From IMG/VR virus record IMGVR_UViG_3300020045_014212, positions 1-62,550 of that record: a stretch of 62,550 nt of DNA. One strand, 5' to 3'. The notes beneath the pieces were generated by a model. The model ran no database searches. It was not told where the DNA came from and worked only from the letters and a program-made list of their open reading frames with translations. Of the stretch, positions 7,659-16,564 are shown in pieces. This DNA comes from a virus (Duplodnaviria; Caudoviricetes). The position numbers and the translations under genes are program-made. How positions within the stretch are numbered: the first letter of the stretch is position 1; each line of letters starts with the position of its first letter.

Positions 7659-9377
7659 TTAAAGTTCATATTTGCTTTCTTGTCTTTCAAGTTCGATACC
7701 GCGTTTTTCACAAGCCTTCATTAATTCAGGGTCTTCGTCAATTATAGCGGAGTTTGAATTGTAGAAGTCAAGTACATCTTTAGAGGCGGTTAGAGTGGAA
7801 AGGGTGTTATAGAGGTCTTGGTTTTTCTTTTCCTCTTTTACCTTTTCCTTTTTAGGAGGTTCGGGCGATGGAGTGGCGATTGGATTTGCAAGATTATTTT
7901 TCTTTTTCCGCAATACATCAACAACAGAAGGTAGATGTTTTATTTTAGGATAGAGCACATTGCATTCTTCTACTGTTTTGCAGCGGCCTATCATATCAAA
8001 TGCTTCATCTTCTGTTACACCCTTGATTTCTGCTATTGAATCTACGAGGTCGATTTGTTTGGCAGTAGAAGGTTCAGTGATTTTATTACCAACATCGGGC
8101 AAGACAACATTTGGCGATTCAATTTCGAAAGATGCTGTTTCCTTTGGAGTTACGGTAACATTCATTTCTATTTCATTCTTTGAAACAAAAGCTCCAGTTA
8201 TGTTTACGTCAATATCAGACATCTTAACTTCTTCCAATGCTGCATCGAGTATTTCGGCGGATTGTTCTGGAGTTAACATTCCGTTGTTATCTCCAAAAAA
8301 TTGATTAACAATTGGAGCTATTTTTTTCTCAAACTCCTCGGTCAATTTTCTATCATCTTCCTTGGCATCATTACTCGCAGCAGTCCAAATCTCCAAATCT
8401 TCTTTCAATCTGGCTTTTTGTTCTTCTGATTGCTCTAGAGTCATAACCCCTGCCTCAACCAAAATATCTTCCCTGCACACAACCTCATCTGTAACAACAA
8501 CTCCAGCCAACCTATCACTTTCTTTTTTATGATACCAGTCGAGCCATTCCCTACATTCATTCACCCTGACCTTCAGCTTTTCAATAGCCTCCTCATCAAA
8601 AGTAATCTCCGGCATTTCAAACACCCTTTCCCTTAGTTTAAGGTCGGAGTATTTGCAATTGTGTTCAATCTCCTCGCATCCCATCCTGTATTCTTCGGTT
8701 CCGGCCTTATTAGTTCCCATTTTCCACAGAAGGCGTTTTTTCTCGTCATCAATAAGACCAACCGGAGTATCGGTAAGAACGTACACCAAACGAAACCTCT
8801 TCTTTCCGAATAACCACATATAACACTGCCCTTGCCACCAGTACAAAGACGACAATTCTGTTTCAAGTGTGTGTGGTATAAATGTGAAAATATCCCAAGA
8901 TGACTTAATATCGGTTATGCGTTCATCTTCGTCAATGTCGCACTCGCCTTGAATAAATTGATTGTAGAGCCTAACCTCATTCTTAAAGTGCAAGGTATCG
9001 TCATAGTCAGATAGAATAGACATACTATTGTCCTCGCCTTGCGTACCTTTCTTTAGGTAGCGAGAATCAATTTCATCACGCCTTCCGGTTTTCTGCTCGA
9101 TATAGATTTTGAGTAAGTACGAGATACAGGTTTGGGATAGAGATGGAATAGAAAGAAAAGGCCTAAGGCGAATACATTCCTCTACCAACTTTTCAATCTT
9201 GTCTTTCCGCTTCGCTTCTTTTTCAGCAAATACTTTCGAAGTTGATGGAGTTGGATTATCAAACAGAGACTTAATCTCCGCAAGATTTTCCGCGTACTTG
9301 TCTTTAGTTACCACCTTCGGTTCGGTCATAATATTACCGACACCAGAAGATCTGAAAGTTAATGTGTTGAAGTTCAT
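7659..9377 (-). CDS. YqaJ/lambda-exonuclease-like recombination nuclease with long acidic C-terminal extension
   Basis: SS..G, KG...E, GECDID, DIKSSW, YWWQGQCYM motifs; start likely MNFNT. Confidence 0.8.
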   Translation of the reverse strand: MNFNTLTFRSSGVGNIMTEPKVVTKDKYAENLAEIKSLFDNPTPSTSKVFAEKEAKRKDKIEKLVEECIRLRPFLSIPSLSQTCISYLLKIYIEQKTGRRDEIDSRYLKKGTQGEDNSMSILSDYDDTLHFKNEVRLYNQFIQGECDIDEDERITDIKSSWDIFTFIPHTLETELSSLYWWQGQCYMWLFGKKRFRLVYVLTDTPVGLIDDEKKRLLWKMGTNKAGTEEYRMGCEEIEHNCKYSDLKLRERVFEMPEITFDEEAIEKLKVRVNECREWLDWYHKKESDRLAGVVVTDEVVCREDILVEAGVMTLEQSEEQKARLKEDLEIWTAASNDAKEDDRKLTEEFEKKIAPIVNQFFGDNNGMLTPEQSAEILDAALEEVKMSDIDVNITGAFVSKNEIEMNVTVTPKETASFEIESPNVVLPDVGNKITEPSTAKQIDLVDSIAEIKGVTEDEAFDMIGRCKTVEECNVLYPKIKHLPSVVDVLRKKKNNLANPIATPSPEPPKKEKVKEEKKNQDLYNTLSTLTASKDVLDFYNSNSAIIDEDPELMKACEKRGIELERQESKYEL

Positions 9378-9492
9378 TGAATATAATGTTTTGTGCCACA
9401 GCATTGGCATGAAAATAAATTACTTGGGAAAAACTCCTGTAGCCAAGCTGCAAATTTTGTTATCTTTTTACAGGTGTTGCAGTAGGCGGTTA

Positions 9493-10017
9493 TCATGGCA
9501 TTATATTAAAGTTATCATTTTTCAAGTTTTGAAGGTCGATTACGTCTTTTTGGCGGTTGTACTTTTCATCCCTACAAATTTGTGAATTATAATGTTTCTT
9601 GTGATATGATTGCTTTGCATCACAAATACTTTTCACGCCAGACACCCTGAAAAGTGTACTTGTTGGCAATCCGCAAATATAGTGATTGTACAGGTAGCAA
9701 AGATTATCTTCCGGCGCGTTTTCGAGAGTAGTAAAAATATCAATAATCAATCCATCTTTCTTGAATTTGATTAAGTTAATATTTTCCCTCCCTTCATAAC
9801 CTTCATTTTTTATGAACCTGAAAACAGATAACGGCTCCAAGTCCATAAGATATTTTTTCTGTTCAGGAGTTGGATTGTATATTACAACATCTAAGTCAAC
9901 AACTTCGCGCCTCAACACAAGGCCGTGTGCGGCAAGAACGCCAGAGCCAGTCAACACAAGGTTTTCTCCGTTTAATTTTTGGAGTAATGGATAAAATACA
10001 TCTAAGAGTTTTTTCAT
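9493..10017 (-). CDS. Nucleotidyltransferase-fold (Pol-beta superfamily) protein
   Basis: LTGS...RR...DLDV, IDIF, and C-terminal RQKD..D. Confidence 0.7.
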   Translation of the reverse strand: MKKLLDVFYPLLQKLNGENLVLTGSGVLAAHGLVLRREVVDLDVVIYNPTPEQKKYLMDLEPLSVFRFIKNEGYEGRENINLIKFKKDGLIIDIFTTLENAPEDNLCYLYNHYICGLPTSTLFRVSGVKSICDAKQSYHKKHYNSQICRDEKYNRQKDVIDLQNLKNDNFNIMP

Positions 10018-10829
10018 GCGAAAGTTGATTTTTTAGTTTCGTAAACAGATTTGTTATAATTAGGAAATTTAGCCACTACCTGCGACAACCTTTTATCCAA
10101 AGACTCGAGGCTAGTAGAAGCAAGTAGGAAGTCGTCATATTTTTTGCGCTCTTCAGGAGTTAGGCCATCGTCAATAACAGACCCAGAAGATGTGGCGGTC
10201 GTTTCTTCTACCACTTCGTAAGTAGCCTCAACCGTAGTATCTCCATCCCCTACGTCATTTCCAGAAACTTCAGCCCAAAGCCATTTTTTAGCTTTTCTTT
10301 CAGCCTTGCCTAAAACAGCGTCAGATTTCATTGACTTGTTAACGTAAACCGGCAAAGTAACAACCTCTGTCCTTCCATTGAACTTGAGTGTGCATTTAAC
10401 GTTTGCCGTTGTTCCTTCTGTTATTTGTGGCAATTCGTAGCGAATATCGTACTTGATTCCGCGCTTGGAAAGAAGGTAGGTAAACCCTTCTTTCGTCACA
10501 TACATATTTCCGGCGAGTATATTGAATTGATTACCAACGATTTGAACACCAGTAATGCACGCTTCAATGATACATTTTTTAATTGTCTCATCTGAATACG
10601 GTACGGCTTCTTTATCCTTGTCGGTCTGAAAACCAATCTTTTTGCCGCAACAAGACTTCTTGATTTTCTGAAAGTATTCATCAGAGAACGATTGTTCTAT
10701 CAGTTCAATTGCAGAAGCCTGATACATCATTCTTTCAAATCCTCCAGTATCCTTAGGGAGAGAAATAATCTCATTGATTTTTCCGTCAATGTTTTTTGCG
10801 AGTTGGCTGTCTACTTTAATTAATTCCAT
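10014..10829 (-). CDS. Putative single-strand annealing (RecT-like) protein
   Basis: Size, proximity to the YqaJ nuclease, G..IVGNQFNILAG..YVTKEG and KAERKA motifs. Confidence 0.55.
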   Translation of the reverse strand: MELIKVDSQLAKNIDGKINEIISLPKDTGGFERMMYQASAIELIEQSFSDEYFQKIKKSCCGKKIGFQTDKDKEAVPYSDETIKKCIIEACITGVQIVGNQFNILAGNMYVTKEGFTYLLSKRGIKYDIRYELPQITEGTTANVKCTLKFNGRTEVVTLPVYVNKSMKSDAVLGKAERKAKKWLWAEVSGNDVGDGDTTVEATYEVVEETTATSSGSVIDDGLTPEERKKYDDFLLASTSLESLDKRLSQVVAKFPNYNKSVYETKKSTFA

Positions 10830-11514
10830 CGAGAATAATTTTTAATTTGTTGTATGTTTCGGCTAAAGTTCCGGTATTATCAATTTCGAAGTCTGGTTCT
10901 ATCTGGGATAGTTCTGTTTCGGAGGAATGAGAGGACTCGGATTTGGTACGCTTGAGTTTGATTATTATACCATATCTGTCCTTTATGGCTTTTGCTTCGT
11001 TAAGAAATCTGAGGTCAGAGATAATCCAATTTGGAAAATAACTCATACAAAGTTTCGATATTTCCTTGTCGTTATAATCAATTAAGCCCATGTTTTTTTC
11101 TTCACACAGCTTACCCAATTGCTTCATAAGCGCAGAAGTAGGTAAAACAGGAATGTACTCAGCAAACAAAGACTCAATCCAAATATTAGAATTGATGGCA
11201 CGACCAAACTCGGTTCCTGTATGCTGAAGTAACCAACGAACTGATTTTCCTTCCAATATTGCAGGACGCGAATTTTTGAACTCGCTATCCTCAAAATCCT
11301 CCACTTTACAATTAAGTAGAATAGAACAAATTTGTTTTAATTTTGAGGCGAATTTTTTGATTTGCCAGCCACTCCAATTTCTTGTTCTGTCATTTTCAAG
11401 AAAACATTGCTGTAATGTATATTGGGAGTTATATTCTTTCCAAAAATAATACTGTATCATCTTCGAAACAGTATCCTTTCCACTTCCAATTGTTCCTGTA
11501 AGTGCGATTATCAT
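10816..11514 (-). CDS. Deoxynucleoside monophosphate kinase
   Basis: GTIGSGKDT, FASKLK, R.LLQ..GTE.GR, ISDLRFLNE, HSSET. Confidence 0.92.
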   Translation of the reverse strand: MIIALTGTIGSGKDTVSKMIQYYFWKEYNSQYTLQQCFLENDRTRNWSGWQIKKFASKLKQICSILLNCKVEDFEDSEFKNSRPAILEGKSVRWLLQHTGTEFGRAINSNIWIESLFAEYIPVLPTSALMKQLGKLCEEKNMGLIDYNDKEISKLCMSYFPNWIISDLRFLNEAKAIKDRYGIIIKLKRTKSESSHSSETELSQIEPDFEIDNTGTLAETYNKLKIILDGIN

Positions 11515-11672
11515 CTTTTACGATTTTTTGATTTTTTAACAATTGGTTTTTTATCTTCCATAGGTTTTAAGGTTCTTCCATCTACAATTATAATTTCTCC
11601 TGTTTGTAGATTTCTTGTCCTTAAATCACCTTCGTATTTACCAGCGTATGATGTATCTCCAATTTTTATCAT
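11511..11672 (-). CDS. Small basic protein (53 aa)
   Basis: Hand translation MIKIGDTSYAGKYEGDLRTRNLQTGEIIIVDGR...KKSKNRKR; overlaps both neighbours. Confidence 0.6.
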   Translation of the reverse strand: MIKIGDTSYAGKYEGDLRTRNLQTGEIIIVDGRTLKPMEDKKPIVKKSKNRKR

Positions 11673-12736
11673 TTCAGTCCAGTTGAAAGTTTAGTAGGAG
11701 ATTTTAATTTTGGGTGGTGTTTATAATCAATCAAGTGAAAATTATGAATACCAAACTTTTCAAATTTAGAATCATCTTTTTCAAAGTCAATTAATGCAAG
11801 TGTGGGTAATTTGAAGCACTCCCTATCCAATGTTTCTTTCGCCGCATCAATATGATTCTCGTAAATATGAACATCTCCAAAAGAATGAATAAATTCACCA
11901 ACAGCAAAACCGCACAATTCTGCTACAATATAAGTTAAGAGTGCGTATGAAGAAATATTGAATGGAACACCAAGTATTGTGTCGGCAGAACGTTGGTATA
12001 GGTGGCAGTCGAGGTAATATTTCGGCACCGAATTTTGCTCCAATTCGTCTTCTGTTATTGGAACAATATCGAGTGCGAAAACTGGATGATTTGATGTTTT
12101 TATGTAAATTGCACACCTTTCGTCAAAAGTCAACTTCCTACAATTAAATTGCACAAAAGCATGACAAGCATTTAATGCCATATCATTTAAAGTGGAAGGA
12201 TTCCAAGCGGTAATTATGTGTCTGCGGCCTTCGGGATTTTTTATCAATCCCTTCACGAGGTCTGAAAACTGGTCAACTCCTTGCCAATCGCGCCATAACT
12301 TTCCGTATTGTTGGCCGCAGTCGCCGAGGTAGTATCTGACCGGACTACTGCTATCAAAAAATACGGGTTCATTCAAAACATCTTCGTCTTTCACGAATTT
12401 CATAAATGTTTCAAAAGTTATCTTTGAATCCTTACTACTTGGATAGTGGTAATCGAATTTCTTACAATAATAATTATACGCATCCTCATTCCAAATAGAA
12501 ACGCCATTATCTACAAGGAATTTAATATTGGTATCTCCGCGTAAAAACCACAATAACTCATATACAACACTTTTCCAGTGTATAGGTTTCGTGGTTACAA
12601 TCGGAAATCCTTCGGCAAGATTGAATCTCATTTGATAGCCAAATAATCCAATTGTCGGAGCCATTCCTTCTCTCGCAGGAGATTTGTAGGTTCCTTTTGA
12701 TAAAATGTCTTGGATGAGTTGTTTGTATTGTTGCAT
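11669..12736 (-). CDS. thyA: Thymidylate synthase
   Basis: ELLWFLRG, IWNE, YG..WR, RRHIITAWNP, ACH, YQRSAD..LGVPFN, GDVHIYENH; contains insertions. Confidence 0.96.
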   Translation of the reverse strand: MQQYKQLIQDILSKGTYKSPAREGMAPTIGLFGYQMRFNLAEGFPIVTTKPIHWKSVVYELLWFLRGDTNIKFLVDNGVSIWNEDAYNYYCKKFDYHYPSSKDSKITFETFMKFVKDEDVLNEPVFFDSSSPVRYYLGDCGQQYGKLWRDWQGVDQFSDLVKGLIKNPEGRRHIITAWNPSTLNDMALNACHAFVQFNCRKLTFDERCAIYIKTSNHPVFALDIVPITEDELEQNSVPKYYLDCHLYQRSADTILGVPFNISSYALLTYIVAELCGFAVGEFIHSFGDVHIYENHIDAAKETLDRECFKLPTLALIDFEKDDSKFEKFGIHNFHLIDYKHHPKLKSPTKLSTGLK

Positions 12737-12745
12737 GTGGTTGAC

Positions 12746-12781
12746 TTTCACCTAAAAATCCCGCCTCGTTAAAGGCGGGAT
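12746..12781 (-). promoter_or_regulatory. Hairpin + U-tract + GGUGAAA element (copy 2)
   Basis: TCCCGCCT TTAACG AGGCGGGA TTTTTAGGTGAAA on the minus strand upstream of thyA. Confidence 0.7.
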
Positions 12782-12878
12782 ACTTGACTTAAAGTTACCA
12801 ACTTACGTACTTCATAGATAGTCTTGGTCGGACTAGAGCTAATTCCTGATACGGTTATCTGCTATACGTCAAAGGTTA

Positions 12879-13337
12879 TTAGAAAGGTAAATCATCTACA
12901 CCACTAGCGGCAGGAGTAGCGGCCGGAGTTTCATCAACTTTCTTCCATTCAGCCGCTTTATCAGCAACAGGTTCAACCGGAACAACAGCGCGAATCATCT
13001 CAAACTCATACGCATTCACGTTTGTGAAAATTATCTCCTTCTTCATATTTTTAGGAGTTTCCGCCAATTCCGCTTTTGTTTTCATTGTTCCTTTCACCGA
13101 AAATGCAACAGCAATTTCATCGCCGACATTCAGCTTTTCAAACTTAGCGATTGAGTCACCGGAAACTTGCATACCAACAGTATTGGCATACCTTGTTCCG
13201 TTAACTACAACTCCGGCATCAAGCCCGAACTCCATTACCATAAAATCCTTCTCTGCATTTGGTTTGCGTGGAGGATTAACAAACAATACTTTACCTTCCA
13301 TTACAAAGGCCTCACTTTTAATCAATTTGCGTTCCAT
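12879..13337 (-). CDS. Single-stranded DNA-binding protein, DUF3127-like
   Basis: OB-fold-like LNVGDEIAVAFSVKG, FTNVNAY and DDLPF C-terminal tail. Confidence 0.8.
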   Translation of the reverse strand: MERKLIKSEAFVMEGKVLFVNPPRKPNAEKDFMVMEFGLDAGVVVNGTRYANTVGMQVSGDSIAKFEKLNVGDEIAVAFSVKGTMKTKAELAETPKNMKKEIIFTNVNAYEFEMIRAVVPVEPVADKAAEWKKVDETPAATPAASGVDDLPF

Positions 13338-13358
13338 TTGAATAAATTTTTGTTATTG

Positions 13359-13421
13359 CAAATATACGACAAAAATAGTCAAAAACAAATTTTTTTTTGG
13401 GTTTTTTTTGTTGTATATTTG
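13359..13421. promoter_or_regulatory. Divergent Bacteroidota-type promoter pair
   Basis: TATATTTG on minus (13359-13366) and plus (13414-13421) between divergent operons. Confidence 0.8.
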
Positions 13422-13438
13422 TACATAAATAAACAAAT

Positions 13439-13636
13439 ATGGATTTTATTAAATGGCGTCCGTTAGCCATAGAGCTAAGGATAGACCCCTTTCATCTATA
13501 TGCTTTTCTTAATGGAAAGCCACATAAGCTATCTGCGGAAAAAATACAGGAAGTTAGGGCAAAGGTAGTAGAAGAAACTGCCGGCACTCTAGCCTTTATA
13601 GACAGCAGGATAAATGGAGGAGGTATGGAATGCTAA
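13439..13636 (+). CDS. Small putative HTH regulator
   Basis: LAIELRIDPFHLYAFLNGK resembles a Cro/XRE helix-turn-helix; first gene after the divergent promoter. Confidence 0.5.
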   Translation: MDFIKWRPLAIELRIDPFHLYAFLNGKPHKLSAEKIQEVRAKVVEETAGTLAFIDSRINGGGMEC

Positions 13637-14751
13637 AACTAAACATACCAATCAAACCTCTAAAAGAGTTTGTATCATTATGCAAATTCATTCAGGCCGA
13701 AAAGCTTGAACTCATGCCTATTCTCAAGTATATTAAATTCGAGATAGATTTTGGCGACCTTTCAATAACCCGCGACAACACTTTTGAGTTTCTGACCTAC
13801 AAAATGAATGTTGATTGCGAGGATTGCTCCTTTATATTGCCATACGAAAAGTTTTCAGACTATATCGCATCTTCTACAGGCGAATATTTTGAATTAAAAA
13901 TCGATGGGTCGAATGTGAATGCGTATGACGGAAAATTACGACAAAAATGGACAATTGAAGCTAACGTGAAGGTTGAGGATTTTCCCAAATTAGCCTCAAT
14001 CAATGATACTTGGTTCGTTTTTAACAAGCAACTCATAGATATTCTAGGAGTATCAAAAAACATAACGAAAGTTAAGGATGATTTAATACCATCCTTTTCG
14101 TGTTCGCATGTTACTCCTACTTGCGTATATTCTACAAATCAAATGATTGTCTTTAAAAAAGATATGAAAAATGATATTGAAGAATCTATTCCAGTTACAC
14201 CAAAGGAAGTTCTTTGTATTTCTAATCTGCCATCTGTTGCTTATTCTACATCAAATAAGAGCCATAATATTTGGAAGTCGGAAAATGTTCTGTATGGTTT
14301 CAGGCGCAAAGATGGTTCAGAAAAAGGTTTTATGTATAATCACTTTTTTGAATTGATTTCTTTCCCTCGCAAACAGTATATAACAATTTCACTGAACGAC
14401 ATTATATACTTTTGTGAATCAACTAAAAAGTTTAGGTCTGGACTTGTTTCTAATGCAATACTCTTCGTTGAAGGCGGGAGGTGTATCTTGAAGTATGTTG
14501 ACAAGGCTTTGAATGAGGAGAATGAACTCCCAATAAATTTCCGAACCACTTTCACTCTCGAAAATTTCGAGTTCATATTCAACACTGACGTATTTTTCGA
14601 AGCGGTACAAAAGTTCCCCTATTCGGAACTTTCTATTTGCATAGACAAATATACTCACGAAGGCCGTCCTCGCGAAATAGCTTATGTTTTTTGCGAAAAT
14701 GATGAAAGTATTATTTTAATCTTTCCAACGTTAGGGAGGGAATCATTATGA
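13630..14751 (+). CDS. Divergent DNA sliding clamp (DnaN-like)
   Basis: 373 aa; MPILKYIKFEI...LSITRDN and VEDFPKL fall at positions typical of beta-clamp motifs. Confidence 0.6.
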   Translation: MLKLNIPIKPLKEFVSLCKFIQAEKLELMPILKYIKFEIDFGDLSITRDNTFEFLTYKMNVDCEDCSFILPYEKFSDYIASSTGEYFELKIDGSNVNAYDGKLRQKWTIEANVKVEDFPKLASINDTWFVFNKQLIDILGVSKNITKVKDDLIPSFSCSHVTPTCVYSTNQMIVFKKDMKNDIEESIPVTPKEVLCISNLPSVAYSTSNKSHNIWKSENVLYGFRRKDGSEKGFMYNHFFELISFPRKQYITISLNDIIYFCESTKKFRSGLVSNAILFVEGGRCILKYVDKALNEENELPINFRTTFTLENFEFIFNTDVFFEAVQKFPYSELSICIDKYTHEGRPREIAYVFCENDESIILIFPTLGRESL

Positions 14752-15047
14752 GTATTATAAGGCATAATTCGATTATCGTAACAGGTTACGATAAAAATGT
14801 AAATAAGACAAGAACCAAGGCCAAAGAAATGGGCCTTCTTGTATCCAATATTGTAAAATCACATACAAATGGATACTTATCTTATTTTATTGCACCAGAC
14901 GGAAGTAAAGAAGGTTGGAGTACATCTAACGAGTTTAATGACCTAAGGGAGGAATTTATAAAGTATCTTGATGGGAAACACGTTAATTTTGTTGAACTAA
15001 TCTCGTATGACGAAGATGGACAACCTAAAATTTTAAATCATGGATAG
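14748..15047 (+). CDS. Conserved phage hypothetical protein
   Basis: HNSIIVT and NGY.S.FIAPDGSKEGW motif. Confidence 0.7.
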   Translation: MSIIRHNSIIVTGYDKNVNKTRTKAKEMGLLVSNIVKSHTNGYLSYFIAPDGSKEGWSTSNEFNDLREEFIKYLDGKHVNFVELISYDEDGQPKILNHG

Positions 15048-15735
15048 AGAAATAGTCTGGTTCGACCTTGAAACAACAGGTACGTCAACATCTAAAGATA
15101 GAATAGTATCAATTTCTGCAATTAAAACCTTAAACGGAGAGATTGTGGAGAAAAAATATACACTCGTAAACCCATGTATGATAATTCCAGAAGAAGCCAC
15201 TAAAGTTCATGGAATTACGAATGAAATGGTTTTGAACGCACCTTCTTTTTCTCGTTTAGCCAAATCCATTCACGTATTTTTCGCTGGCTGTATATTAGGC
15301 GGCTATAACGTGGTAAAATTCGATATTCCTTTGTTACAGGAGGAGTTCTTTAGGGTTGGGTTGTCATTGGAAATTGGAGATATTATAGACTGTTGCGATA
15401 TTTTCCACAAAAAAGAAAAGCGCGACCTTTCCGCAGCACTCCTATTCTATACAGGCAAGACGATGGAAGGAGCCCATAACGCTGAGTTTGATAACATGGC
15501 TACAATCGAGATATTCGAAGGTCAAAAGGCGAAATATGGAGAATTGCCATTTTATGAACGCACTTCACTTGATTTGGCAGGTAAAATTGATTTGGAAGGT
15601 AGATATACTTTCGGGCCACATAAGGGAAAGAAAGTTATAGAGGAAGTTGGTTTTGCTAGGTGGATGCTTCCCGACATAATGGATTTTACTACTGATACAA
15701 AGAATGTTGTTAGGAAATTAATTGAAGGAAAATGA
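15040..15735 (+). CDS. DEDDh 3'-5' exonuclease (Pol III epsilon-like)
   Basis: FDLETTG, VHGI, GYN..FD, HNAEFD. Confidence 0.92.
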   Translation: MDREIVWFDLETTGTSTSKDRIVSISAIKTLNGEIVEKKYTLVNPCMIIPEEATKVHGITNEMVLNAPSFSRLAKSIHVFFAGCILGGYNVVKFDIPLLQEEFFRVGLSLEIGDIIDCCDIFHKKEKRDLSAALLFYTGKTMEGAHNAEFDNMATIEIFEGQKAKYGELPFYERTSLDLAGKIDLEGRYTFGPHKGKKVIEEVGFARWMLPDIMDFTTDTKNVVRKLIEGK

Positions 15736-16178
15736 ACACACTACGAGAAATTGCAGAATTAATAATCAAGAAAAACCCAGGGTGTCATATAGGAGGTTCA
15801 CTTGGACTTAATATTCAGGGATTTGAAACTCGAAGACAACCAAGCGATATTGATATAAATACTCCACACAAATATCGCTTCCTTCCAATAGAAGGAATGG
15901 TATTTAAGGAAGATAGGATTGAACAGGAGGATTCTTCGGCAGAACAGGATGGGTATGATAAAGTAACATATATGTTCGGAGATGTTAAAATTGAGGTTTT
16001 CTCTCCTACTGAATCATACAATGAGTTAGAGAATATTCCCAGTAACGAAACTTGGTGTACTGTCTTTTACGACATAATGAAAATGAAGATAATGTACGCA
16101 TTTTCTGATTTAGATTTAAATCAAAAACATAGAGATGATTTGATTTTTATGTTGCAAAATAACAAGGATTTGTCGTGA
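15732..16178 (+). CDS. Second nucleotidyltransferase-fold protein
   Basis: IGGSLGL..QG...RR..SDIDI; C-terminal KH.DD. Confidence 0.7.
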   Translation: MNTLREIAELIIKKNPGCHIGGSLGLNIQGFETRRQPSDIDINTPHKYRFLPIEGMVFKEDRIEQEDSSAEQDGYDKVTYMFGDVKIEVFSPTESYNELENIPSNETWCTVFYDIMKMKIMYAFSDLDLNQKHRDDLIFMLQNNKDLS

Positions 16179-16564
16179 CCTGCACCTCAAAAATTGAAAT
16201 CAAAGGCTTTTGCAAAATAGGAGATGTTTTGGAGATAATAACAAAAAATTCTCCAAAACATCTATCTTATGATTTGTCGTGGTGTAAGGTAATTATAGTT
16301 TCAAAGGATGGAATAAGGAAAGCAATTTCAGTGAATGATGTTGTAATTAACTATCCCAAAATAGAAGGATTGTTTGCGGCTCGTATGGCCTTTTCTAGAC
16401 TTTCCATCTCTCGTTACAATTACTACTACCTTCAAGAAGGCGAAACAAAGTGGCTGTATTCCGGCGGCGAAACATTAGAAGAGTGTAGGAGCCGTATGTT
16501 CGAGGCTATTTTGGAGAATTTTGGTGAAATAAAATCTGGTTATCTTTTATGTACAAACCGCTAG
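16175..16564 (+). CDS. Hypothetical protein
   Basis: ORF in operon. Confidence 0.55.
   Translation: MTCTSKIEIKGFCKIGDVLEIITKNSPKHLSYDLSWCKVIIVSKDGIRKAISVNDVVINYPKIEGLFAARMAFSRLSISRYNYYYLQEGETKWLYSGGETLEECRSRMFEAILENFGEIKSGYLLCTNR

Noticed and set aside
11511-11672. HU/IHF homologue (RNLQTGEII resembles RNPQTGE)
   Set aside because: Only the arm-like motif is present and the helical body is missing; kept as hypothetical.
11669-12736. Intron or intein in the enlarged thyA
   Set aside because: The frame is continuous, the inserts are short, and no intein terminal residues or homing-endonuclease motifs are visible.
12795-12835. GTACGTAAGTTGG (minus) resembling 23S H90/H92 or the sarcin-ricin loop
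   Set aside because: The pairing partner for H90 and the GGA of the SRL are missing, so a second rRNA mimic is not supported.
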